Source: an uncultured Eubacteriales bacterium
GTDB taxonomy: Bacteria > Bacillota > Clostridia > Oscillospirales > Acutalibacteraceae
Length of the DNA: 64,000 nt
Assembly: GCA_934456435.1 (NCBI GenBank)
Contig: CAKSHH010000005.1
Coordinates: 62,756 to 126,755, forward strand
Direction of reading: 5' to 3'
Below are positions 51,421 to 60,034 of this stretch, piece by piece. The position numbers were made by a program, and so were the translations under genes. The notes beneath the pieces are model-generated. The model saw nothing but the letters and a program-made list of their open reading frames with translations, did no database searches and was not told the DNA's origin. How positions within the stretch are numbered: the stretch's first letter is position 1; every line of letters starts with the position of its first letter.

Positions 51421-53585
51421 TATCCATCCTCCTCAATCATTATTTTATATTGTCCGTTCTTAATTTTTATCATTATATTTCCGCAATCCTGCGTTGAAAC
51501 ATGACTATCGGAATCACTTTCACCCGAAATGATTATTCGGCTGAAATCACAGCTTTCGGGAGTACTTCCGCAGACGAGAACATCACCCGACATAAATTCA
51601 TCGGGAATATCGTCCTCGCCGCGCAAAACAAACATTACGGTGATTCCCTGAATATCGCATTGAGCAAAAGCGTAATCATCATTTGAAATAAATCTGATGC
51701 TTGCGGTTTCCCATAGGTGAATATCCGCATTACCTGTTTCGATTATCCTGTCATTACCGCAAACAGTTGACAACGTATAGGTTTTCCTCGGAACAATTAC
51801 CTTGTCAAACTCTTCTTTCTTCAGCAGCGAAAGGACATTAGAAAGATTTGATTTGCCGCTGTCGGCTATAACGGCTTCATTTTCGGTATTCAGTCCCATA
51901 GCCGACGAAACGGAATCGACAGTATAAGCATACTTTCCGTCGGACATTATAACCGCTCTCTTATTTCCGTTTTCGAGCACAACAGCTATATCATTGTCAA
52001 CATTCAAAATTTCCGCGAAATCGTATCCGTCGGTTGCAATGTTGGTAAAAATCACGCACACGGCAACAGTTAAAGCAACGCCGACAAACGAAATCTTTGC
52101 GGCGGTTCTCCTCTTGAAAATCGTAAAGCAAGAGATAATGACGGTGAATGAAACTATAACCGCATAAGTCCACGCTATGTTATCAGTCGGTATAACCGCA
52201 GACGGAAACGATGAAATCAATTTGATAACTGCGACTATGTATTTTGCGGTACATCCTGCTATAACAGCGAAAATATCGCCGACAAAGCCGAGCGGACTGA
52301 ACAGAACTGTCATACCGCCCATAAGCATACACAGCGACGCCGCGTAGCTTATCAGCAGATTTGACAAGACGGAATACGTGGAAATATAACCGATAAAAAC
52401 AATGACAAAGCCCAGCGACCCGAGCGTAGCACTCAAAGAAACGAAAATTGCCTCAAGAACTGCTCTCGGAATAAACGACAGCGTTCTGTTCGGAATTTTT
52501 GATACGACATATTTGTTAAAGTAAGGATTGAGTAAAACAATGCCCAGCGTTGACGAAAATGACAGTATAAAGCCAATGTCGGCGGTAATCATCGGATTGA
52601 TTGCAGAAAGAATCAGAGCAGCCAAACCGAGTGAATTTACCGAATCGGCTTTTCGGTAGAAAAGATTTCCCACCAGCACAAATATCAGCATTATACCGGA
52701 ACGGCAGACCGAAGCGGTAAAACCCGTTGCCGCCATAAAGAGGACAACAAAAGCTATTGAAATTGCGGAATTAAGCCGTTTCCTGACATTAAAGATTTCC
52801 AGCAGCGCGTAAAGTCCCATGACCCAAACCGAAAGATGCATTCCCGACACGGCGAACACAGGCGCGACACCTGCGCTTTTAATATATCCGCTGACTTCGT
52901 CGGAAATATAATCCTTGTTGCCGATCAGCATGCCTATCGTGACTCCGCCGTAATCATTGGGAAGCTTATCCAGTATGCGGTTTTCGACACATCTGCGAAA
53001 CCGATATAAATAATAACCGACAGGCTTATCCGCGTGCTTGGTTATCTCTATCGGGTAGTCGTCATAATTGCTTATGTATCCGCCGAGAAATATTCCCTTT
53101 GATTGGAAATAGAGCTTCGTATCACGGGAAGATGCTCCGATATCGTAAAGCTTGGCATTAAGCTTTATAGTGTCGTAAGGCTCTGCGTCAATGTAGTTTG
53201 CCGCAGAAAGCCGAAGCTTGGTTTTGAATTTCTGCGAATTTATTTCATCAGTTTCAAGAATGTAGTAATACTTGGAATGTTTAAATTCGGGCTTGTCGAG
53301 TACCGTTGCTGTCACAACAGCCAACTTCCCGACGAGTTCGTTTGCCGTCGATATTTTGTAATCGGTCAGCGCCTCAAAGGATATTCCCGAAAATATAAGA
53401 GCCGCGGCAAGAAAGAACGGTGTTACCCTCGACCTGAGCTTTTCAAGGAATATGCAAAGCACAAGAAGCAAAACTCCTGCGCCGATTGCGGCGAAAGAAA
53501 ATCTGTCGTCAAAATATGTGCAGACAAACAGTACAAATAACGATGAAAAGCCCATGATTGCCATGGGCCTGTATTTCAATTTCAT
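51420..53585 (-). CDS. comEC: ComEC/Rec2 DNA internalisation channel protein (C-terminal MBL-like domain lacks metal ligands)
   Basis: 721 aa. N-terminal TM plus OB-like (DUF4131) region, and a competence domain with FAVSGMHLSVWVMG. The last 199 aa align in pattern to an MBL fold but have no HxHxDH. Confidence 0.85.
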   Translation of the reverse strand: MKLKYRPMAIMGFSSLFVLFVCTYFDDRFSFAAIGAGVLLLVLCIFLEKLRSRVTPFFLAAALIFSGISFEALTDYKISTANELVGKLAVVTATVLDKPEFKHSKYYYILETDEINSQKFKTKLRLSAANYIDAEPYDTIKLNAKLYDIGASSRDTKLYFQSKGIFLGGYISNYDDYPIEITKHADKPVGYYLYRFRRCVENRILDKLPNDYGGVTIGMLIGNKDYISDEVSGYIKSAGVAPVFAVSGMHLSVWVMGLYALLEIFNVRKRLNSAISIAFVVLFMAATGFTASVCRSGIMLIFVLVGNLFYRKADSVNSLGLAALILSAINPMITADIGFILSFSSTLGIVLLNPYFNKYVVSKIPNRTLSFIPRAVLEAIFVSLSATLGSLGFVIVFIGYISTYSVLSNLLISYAASLCMLMGGMTVLFSPLGFVGDIFAVIAGCTAKYIVAVIKLISSFPSAVIPTDNIAWTYAVIVSFTVIISCFTIFKRRTAAKISFVGVALTVAVCVIFTNIATDGYDFAEILNVDNDIAVVLENGNKRAVIMSDGKYAYTVDSVSSAMGLNTENEAVIADSGKSNLSNVLSLLKKEEFDKVIVPRKTYTLSTVCGNDRIIETGNADIHLWETASIRFISNDDYAFAQCDIQGITVMFVLRGEDDIPDEFMSGDVLVCGSTPESCDFSRIIISGESDSDSHVSTQDCGNIMIKIKNGQYKIMIEEDG

Positions 53586-54121
53586 TTGAAGATAAGCGGA
53601 AGCTTCTCAAGGAAAACAATGTCCGTTCTGTCGGCTGCGTCACCCTCGGCAAGAATAGCCGCCTTGGCAACGATGTCAACGTCGAATTTGTTGACAAGCT
53701 CCTCAACCGATTCAAGCGACTTGCCCGTTGAAATAACGTCGTCGAGAATAACGATTCTCTTTCCTTTGATCTGTTTTCCGTCGTTGCCGTCGAGAATGAG
53801 CTTCTGCTCATCGGCAGTTGTGATCGACTTAACCGATACAGATACGGGGTTTTGCATATAAAGCTTTTCTTTCTTGCGGACAACAAAATATTTCTTGCCG
53901 CTCTGACGTGACATTTCGTAAGCAAGAGGAATGCTCTTGGCTTCCGGAGTTACGATGTAATCAAACTCAGGGAGCTTTTTGAGAAGCTCTGCCGCCGCCG
54001 CAACGGTAAGCTCAACATCGCCGAAAATGATAAAACCGGCAATAGAAACGTTTTCGTTAAGCGGACAGACGGGAAGCTCTCTTTCGAGCCCCGCAATTTT
54101 CATTTTATATGTTTCTGACAT
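53582..54121 (-). CDS. Type I phosphoribosyltransferase-family protein (purine PRTase-like)
   Basis: PRPP-binding loop RIVILDDVISTGKS; 179 aa. ATGA overlap with the comEC start. Confidence 0.7.
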   Translation of the reverse strand: MSETYKMKIAGLERELPVCPLNENVSIAGFIIFGDVELTVAAAAELLKKLPEFDYIVTPEAKSIPLAYEMSRQSGKKYFVVRKKEKLYMQNPVSVSVKSITTADEQKLILDGNDGKQIKGKRIVILDDVISTGKSLESVEELVNKFDVDIVAKAAILAEGDAADRTDIVFLEKLPLIFK

Positions 54122-54206
54122 TTTTATTACTTCCTTTCAGACTTATAACAAAGGAATTATGTTTAACCCCTCGGTCAATTCATAAATGCTCGTGATGTTA
54201 AGACAA

Positions 54207-54545
54207 TCAGCCTGCCGGCCAGCCGAACTCTCTGCCGCCCATGAGGTGGAAATGGAGATGCTTAACGCTCTGCCCCGCGATATCGCCGCAGTTGTTGACA
54301 ATGCGGAATCCGTCGTCAAGACCCTCCTGCTTTGCGATTTTTGCCGCAACCTCAAATATGTGAGCAACAACCGCGCTGTTGCTTTCGTCTATTTCAGCCG
54401 CAGACTTGATATGCTGCTTCGGAATAATAAGAATATGTGTCGGTGCCTGAGGTTCAATATCACGGAAAGCAAAGACCGTGTCGTCCTCATAGACCTTGTT
54501 CGACGGAATTTCACCGTTGATTATTTTGCAAAAAAGACAGTCCAT
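54207..54545 (-). CDS. HIT (histidine triad) family nucleotide hydrolase
   Basis: 112 aa. CLFCKII N-terminus and HLHFHLMGG triad. Confidence 0.9.
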   Translation of the reverse strand: MDCLFCKIINGEIPSNKVYEDDTVFAFRDIEPQAPTHILIIPKQHIKSAAEIDESNSAVVAHIFEVAAKIAKQEGLDDGFRIVNNCGDIAGQSVKHLHFHLMGGREFGWPAG

Positions 54546-54560
54546 ATTTATTCCTCCAAA

Positions 54561-57200
54561 TTATTTAATAAGAGATTTAACGATATCGGCAACTGCCGCA
54601 ATAGCTTCATCAACCTTGTCGATGTCCTTTGCGCCTGCCATAGCAAAATCGGGCTTTCCGCCGCCGTTTCCGCCTGCAAGCTTAGCAACGGCACGAACTA
54701 CGTCGCCGGCTTTAACTCCGCATTTAACGGCTTCGGGAGCACAGCAGGCGGCAAAGTTGGCCGAACCTTTTTCTTTGTTCACAGCACCGAAAACAGCAAC
54801 AACGTTGTCACCCTCACTCTTTGCCTTATCGGAAAGCTGTCGAAGCTCATCGACGGTAACCTCACCGGCATTTGCGGCGATAACCTTGAGCGAGCCGACC
54901 TCTACCGCGCCGTCAAAGAGACTGCCCGAACGCATCTCGGTAAGCTGTGCGGTGAGAGCTTCAATTTCCTTGTCCTTTTCCTTAAGCTCGTTTGCAAGGG
55001 AAATTGCTTTTTTCTCAACGTCGGCAGGGTTTGAAACCTTGAGCGCCGCCGCAGTTCCCGCAATTCTCGTGTTGAGCGAGTCAATATATTCGAGAACGCC
55101 CGTGCCCGTTACCGCTTCAATTCGTCTTACACCTGCGGCAACGGAGGTCTCTGTAATAATCTTGAAAAGTCCGAGCTTTCCTGTATTTGAAACATGAGTT
55201 CCTCCGCAAAGCTCCGTTGAATAGTCACCGGACTTGACAACGCGAACAACATCGCCGTATTTCTCTCCGAAAAGAGCCATGGCACCTGTCTTCTTTGCCT
55301 CTTCAATCGGCATTTCGGTCATTGTAACGCTTTCCGCGGAAAGAATTATATTGTTTACCTCGTCCTCGACCGTTTTAAGCTCGTCCGAGCTCAGAGCCGA
55401 GAAATGGGAGAAATCAAAACGTACCGTCTTCTCGTTTACAAGCTGACCTGCCTGCTCAACGTGCGAGCCGAGAATTTTTCTCAAAGCCGCCTGGAGAAGA
55501 TGAGCCGCCGTGTGATTTCTTGCAATCGCATTTCTTCTGTCCTTGTCAATAACAGTCTTAACGCTGTCCCCTGTTTTGGCATTGTCGCCGTCAACGATTC
55601 TGCCGTAGTGAAGAAATACGCCGTCATTTGTTTTGGTTGTATTTTCAACCTCAAAAGTAAATCCGTCACCGTAAATATATCCCGTGTCGCCGACCTGTCC
55701 GCCGCTCTCTGCATAGAAAGTCGTCCTGTCGGTTACAAGGAATGAATCGGCTCCGTTTTCAAGAACATCGCATCTTATTCCGTCGGTTATGAAAGTGATG
55801 ATCTTACCGTCGGTCTCATAAGCATCATATCCCTTGAACTCGGTCTTTTCGATACCCTTTGTGACAACGCCTGTGTCATTCCAGCCCTCGGCACCTGCGC
55901 CCTTATGTGCGTCACGCGAGCGTTTACGCTGAACAAGAACGAGCTCCTTGAGCTTCTCTTCATCAACTGTCATACCCTTTTCCTCAAGAATCTCTTTGGT
56001 AAGGTCGATCGGGAAGCCGAATGTATCCTGAAGCTTGAATGCGTCCTCTGCCGAAAGCTCCTTGGACTTTGAATCCTCAATCATCTTGGAAAGAACGTCA
56101 AGACCTGCGTCAATGGTTCTGTTGAAGCTTTCCTCCTCGGTCGAAATAACGTTCACAATGAAGTCGCGCTTTTCAACAAGGTTCGGATAAGCGTTTTTGT
56201 TTTCGTTGATAACCGTGTCGGCAACCTCGGCAAGGAACGGTCTGTTGATGCCGAGCAGTCTGCCGTGTCTCGCGGCTCTTCTCAAAAGACGGCGAAGAAC
56301 ATATCCTCTGCCGCTGTTTGACGGCATAACACCGTCACCTATCATAAACGTTGTCGAACGGATATGATCGGTTATGACACGAAGCGAAACGTCGCTCTTC
56401 TCGTCGGTATGATACTCTACACCGGCGATTTTCGCAATATGCTTCATTATATTCTGAATTGTATCAACCTCAAAAAGGTTGTCAACGTTCTGAGCAATGC
56501 AGGCAAGTCTTTCAAGACCCATACCCGTGTCAATGTTCGGGTGAGCAAGCGGCGTGTAATTGTTGTGTCCGTCGTTTTCAAACTGGGTGAAAACAAGGTT
56601 CCAGAACTCAACGTAGCGGTCACATTCACAGCCGACGTGACAGTCGGGCTTTCCGCAGCCGTGCTCGGCTCCCCTGTCATAATAAATCTCGGAACAGGGT
56701 CCGCAGGGACCTGCGCCGTGCTCCCAGAAATTGTCTTCCTTGCCGAAACGAACCATGTGGCTCTCGGCAACTCCGATATCCTTTGTCCATATATCATAAG
56801 CCTCATCATCGTCAAGATAAACGCTGATATAAAGCTTTTCGGGATCCATTTCCATTACCTTGGTGCAAAATTCCCATGCCCAGCTTATTGCGTCCTTTTT
56901 GAAATAATCGCCGAACGAGAAATTGCCGAGCATCTCGAAATACGTTCCGTGACGCGCGGTTTTTCCGACGTTTTCAATGTCAGGGGTTCTGATGCACTTC
57001 TGACAGGTCGTAACTCTCGATCTCGGCGGAGTTATCTCACCCGTAAAGTATTTCTTCATCGGCGACATACCGGCATTTATAAGCAGCAGGCTTTTGTCCC
57101 CCTGAGGTATGAGAGAAAAGCTCGGAAGTCTGAGATGACCCTTGCTCTCATAAAAAGAAAGGAATTTTTCTCTTAATTCATTAAGTCCTGTCCATTCCAT
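54561..57200 (-). CDS. alaS: Alanine--tRNA ligase
   Basis: 879 aa. Class II core (FSFGDYFK), editing domain HTAAHLL ... CGGTH, C-terminal DHHA1-like domain. Confidence 0.97.
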   Translation of the reverse strand: MEWTGLNELREKFLSFYESKGHLRLPSFSLIPQGDKSLLLINAGMSPMKKYFTGEITPPRSRVTTCQKCIRTPDIENVGKTARHGTYFEMLGNFSFGDYFKKDAISWAWEFCTKVMEMDPEKLYISVYLDDDEAYDIWTKDIGVAESHMVRFGKEDNFWEHGAGPCGPCSEIYYDRGAEHGCGKPDCHVGCECDRYVEFWNLVFTQFENDGHNNYTPLAHPNIDTGMGLERLACIAQNVDNLFEVDTIQNIMKHIAKIAGVEYHTDEKSDVSLRVITDHIRSTTFMIGDGVMPSNSGRGYVLRRLLRRAARHGRLLGINRPFLAEVADTVINENKNAYPNLVEKRDFIVNVISTEEESFNRTIDAGLDVLSKMIEDSKSKELSAEDAFKLQDTFGFPIDLTKEILEEKGMTVDEEKLKELVLVQRKRSRDAHKGAGAEGWNDTGVVTKGIEKTEFKGYDAYETDGKIITFITDGIRCDVLENGADSFLVTDRTTFYAESGGQVGDTGYIYGDGFTFEVENTTKTNDGVFLHYGRIVDGDNAKTGDSVKTVIDKDRRNAIARNHTAAHLLQAALRKILGSHVEQAGQLVNEKTVRFDFSHFSALSSDELKTVEDEVNNIILSAESVTMTEMPIEEAKKTGAMALFGEKYGDVVRVVKSGDYSTELCGGTHVSNTGKLGLFKIITETSVAAGVRRIEAVTGTGVLEYIDSLNTRIAGTAAALKVSNPADVEKKAISLANELKEKDKEIEALTAQLTEMRSGSLFDGAVEVGSLKVIAANAGEVTVDELRQLSDKAKSEGDNVVAVFGAVNKEKGSANFAACCAPEAVKCGVKAGDVVRAVAKLAGGNGGGKPDFAMAGAKDIDKVDEAIAAVADIVKSLIK

Positions 57201-57253
57201 ATAAAAATCTCCCTAATTAAATTAGCTAAACCTTGATTAAATTGCAGTTATAT

Positions 57254-57283
57254 ATTATAAGCTTTCAGGCTTATTAAAGTCAA
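57254..57283 (-). promoter_or_regulatory. Putative alaS promoter
   Basis: Minus strand reads TTGACT (57283->57278, overlapping the stop of the upstream MBL gene), 18 nt, TATAAT (57259->57254). The leader to the ATG at 57200 is only about 47 nt. Confidence 0.55.
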
Positions 57284-58197
57284 TCATATTTTGTAAAAAC
57301 ACGGGAATCCGAAGCGAAAATCACCGTACCGTCAATATCCGTTCGGTAAAACGCTATTCCGAACTTTTCGAGCCGCTCGGTAACGACGGAATGGGGATGA
57401 CCGTAATCATTTCCCTTTCCGCAGCAAATAACGGCATATTCAGGTGAAACAGCCTTCAGCCATTGCTCCGAAGAGGAGGTTTTGCTGCCGTGGTGACCGA
57501 CATTGAGAATATCGGCTGAATAGTCATTCTTTTTCTTTAAAAGATCTTTTTCGACTGCTGTGGTTGCGTCTCCCGTGAACATAACGGAGGTTTCGCCGTA
57601 GCTTATCCGTGAAACAACGGACATATCGTTCAGATTGTCGTAATCCTTTAGCGGAGCGAAAATTTCAAGCTTCATTTCACCGTAGGAATATGTCATACCC
57701 GATTCGGCGGCGATAACATTTTCCGCATTTTCCGCAACAGCGTTAAGAAATTTCTCGTAAGTCTTTGTGGTCGGAACAATATCTTCGGGAATCTCCGGCA
57801 TAATCACGTCTTTAATCTCAAATTCTGTGAGAATCTGTGCCATACCGCCGATATGGTCGCTGTGCGGATGCGTCGCTACAACGCAGTCAAGCTTATCTAT
57901 GTTTCGGTTCTTTATGTAATTGATAACGTTCTGAGCTTCTCCTGCTTCTCCGCTGTCAACGAGTATCGCGCTGTCGCCGCAGGTGACAAGAGTGCAGTTG
58001 CCCTGTCCGACATCAATGAAGCTGACGTACATTGTCGAATTGTCTCCGAACGATGTATCTCTAAGCCCTGCGTCGTTGTACAGCTTGTCACCGAATCCGT
58101 CCTTAACAAAGTATGAACCGATAAACGAAACAACAAGAATTATAAGAATAACTATCCCGGTAACAGCCTTTGAGTTAATACTTTTTCTTCTTTTCAT
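57280..58197 (-). CDS. Membrane-anchored MBL-fold hydrolase of the ComEC C-terminal-domain type
   Basis: N-terminal TM VTGIVILIILVVSFIGSYF, then FIDVGQGNC, VATHPHSDHIGG, FTGDA, VGHHGS and YGHPH. The start is ATG 58197 (the track TTG/ATG 58263 is possible); either overlaps the ygiQ 3' end. Confidence 0.8.
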   Translation of the reverse strand: MKRRKSINSKAVTGIVILIILVVSFIGSYFVKDGFGDKLYNDAGLRDTSFGDNSTMYVSFIDVGQGNCTLVTCGDSAILVDSGEAGEAQNVINYIKNRNIDKLDCVVATHPHSDHIGGMAQILTEFEIKDVIMPEIPEDIVPTTKTYEKFLNAVAENAENVIAAESGMTYSYGEMKLEIFAPLKDYDNLNDMSVVSRISYGETSVMFTGDATTAVEKDLLKKKNDYSADILNVGHHGSKTSSSEQWLKAVSPEYAVICCGKGNDYGHPHSVVTERLEKFGIAFYRTDIDGTVIFASDSRVFTKYD

Positions 58198-60031
58198 ATT
58201 TTCTACCGTTATTATATCCGCGTTTTCCGCTCTGCGGCGTGTTTTGACGTTTCGGAGCAACAAGACATTTGTCGGAATAGCCGATCAAATCATGTCTGCC
58301 CGCTTTGCGAAGAGCCTCTTCAACAAGATCGCGGTTCTTCGGGTCGTAATACTGCAATAGCGCACGTTGAAGAGCCTTGTCATGCGGCGTCTTTGCAACA
58401 TAGACCTCTTTCATTGTGTAGGGATCAAGTCCCGTGTAAAACATACAGGTTGATATTGTGCCCGGCGTTGGATAAAAATCCTGAACCTGCTCCGGACGTA
58501 TGTGTCTTTTCTTGAGAAACACAGCCAGTTCAACCGCATCTATGAGTGTTGAACCCGGATGTGAAGACATAAGGTAAGGAACGAGATACTGTTCCTTGCC
58601 GACGGAATTTGTTATTTCAAAATATTTCTTTGAAAACTCAATATATGCTTCTATGTGAGGCTTGCCCATCTTATCGAGTACAGCCGCGGAACAATGTTCG
58701 GGAGCAACCTTAAGCTGTCCGCTGACATGATATTTGACGAGCTCACGGAAAAATGTGTCATCGGGATCTTTGAGCATATAATCATATCTGATACCCGAAC
58801 GGATAAAAACCTTTTTTACTTTCGGCAAAGCTCTGACGGTTCTCAGTATGTCGAGATATTCGCTGTGGTCGGCCTGCAAAGCCTTGCACGGAGTCGGAGC
58901 AAGACACTTTTTACCCTTGCAAAGTCCCTTTTCAAGCTGAACAAGACAGCTTGTGCGGCGGAAATTCGCCGTCGGTCCTCCGATATCGTGAATATATCCT
59001 TTGAAATTCGGCTTTTCAGTCAAAAGCTTTGCTTCGTTTATGATTGATTCCTTGCTTCTTGTAGTGACGAATCTGCCCTGATGGAAAGCAATGGAGCAGA
59101 AATTGCACGCGCCGAAACAGCCGCGGTTGTGCGTAATTGAAAACTCGACTTCTTCAATCGCAGGTACGCCGCCCATCTTTTCATAGCTTGGGTGGTACGC
59201 TCTCTCATAAGGCAGAGAGTAAACCCAGTCCATTTCCTCCTGAGTCAGCGGAGGCATCGGCGGATTCTGAACAAGCATACGATTTCCGTGACGCTGTTTA
59301 ATAAGTTTTCCTCTTATGTGATCCTGTTCGTCCTGCTGTATACGGCAGGAAACGGCATATTCCTTTTTGCTCTTGCAAACGTTCTCATAAGACGGACATT
59401 CGGCGCCGTAAAGCGGTGTATCGCGCACATCACAGGCGTAAGCGGTTCCTCTGACATCTGTAATAGAGCCGATCGGCTCGCCGTTTGAGAGTCTGCGGCA
59501 AATTTCAATGGTCTGATTTTCTCCCATACCGTAAGAAATCAAGTCAGCCTGCGAATCAAAAAGAATACTTCTGCGGATTTTGTCGTCCCAGTAATCATAG
59601 TGGGCAAAACGTCTCAGCGACGCTTCAAGACCACCGATAATGATTGGAACATTTCCGTAAATCTCACGAATTTTGTTGCAATAAACAATAACGGCTCTGT
59701 CGGGACGAAGTCCCATAACCTTTCCGGGAGAATACGCGTCCTGACTGCGGTGCTTTTTTGCCGCTGTGTAGTGAGCAACCATTGAGTCGATGTTACCCGA
59801 CGACACCATAAATCCGAGCTTAGGCCTGCCGAAACGCAGAAAATCGTCGTTTTTCCTCCAGTCCGGCTGGCTGAGGATTGCCACACGGTAGCCCTCGGCT
59901 TCCATGACCCTGGTTATAATAGCCGCGCCGAAGCTGGGGTGATCAACGTAAGCATCACCTGTCACATAGACGAAATCAACCTCGTTCCACCCTCTTTGTT
60001 TAACTTCTTCAGCGGTTATCGGCAAAAACAT
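58175..60031 (-). CDS. ygiQ: YgiQ-family (UPF0313) radical SAM protein, function unknown
   Basis: MFLPITAEEVKQRGWNEVDFVYVTGDAYVDHPSFG N-terminus, cluster motif CFGACNFCSI, basic C-terminal tail. Confidence 0.88.
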   Translation of the reverse strand: MFLPITAEEVKQRGWNEVDFVYVTGDAYVDHPSFGAAIITRVMEAEGYRVAILSQPDWRKNDDFLRFGRPKLGFMVSSGNIDSMVAHYTAAKKHRSQDAYSPGKVMGLRPDRAVIVYCNKIREIYGNVPIIIGGLEASLRRFAHYDYWDDKIRRSILFDSQADLISYGMGENQTIEICRRLSNGEPIGSITDVRGTAYACDVRDTPLYGAECPSYENVCKSKKEYAVSCRIQQDEQDHIRGKLIKQRHGNRMLVQNPPMPPLTQEEMDWVYSLPYERAYHPSYEKMGGVPAIEEVEFSITHNRGCFGACNFCSIAFHQGRFVTTRSKESIINEAKLLTEKPNFKGYIHDIGGPTANFRRTSCLVQLEKGLCKGKKCLAPTPCKALQADHSEYLDILRTVRALPKVKKVFIRSGIRYDYMLKDPDDTFFRELVKYHVSGQLKVAPEHCSAAVLDKMGKPHIEAYIEFSKKYFEITNSVGKEQYLVPYLMSSHPGSTLIDAVELAVFLKKRHIRPEQVQDFYPTPGTISTCMFYTGLDPYTMKEVYVAKTPHDKALQRALLQYYDPKNRDLVEEALRKAGRHDLIGYSDKCLVAPKRQNTPQSGKRGYNNGRKYEKKKKY

Positions 60032-60034
60032 CTG

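Noticed and set aside
53582-54121. Considered annotating the PRTase as ComFC.
   Set aside because: It lacks the N-terminal CxxC...CxxC zinc finger and is about 50 aa shorter. Only the generic PRPP loop is shared, so I kept it as a generic PRTase.
54186-57176. Several long + strand ORFs (282, 233, 270 aa) antisense to the HIT gene and alaS.
   Set aside because: They sit in the shadow frames of a 879-aa, motif-rich alaS. The translations are low-complexity (Ser/Ala/Thr or Val/Leu rich), and no initiation signals are present.
57201-57279. Looked for a T-box riboswitch upstream of alaS.
   Set aside because: Only 79 nt separate alaS from the upstream stop codon. No AGAGA/GNUGGNA/T-box consensus or terminator/antiterminator pair is present.
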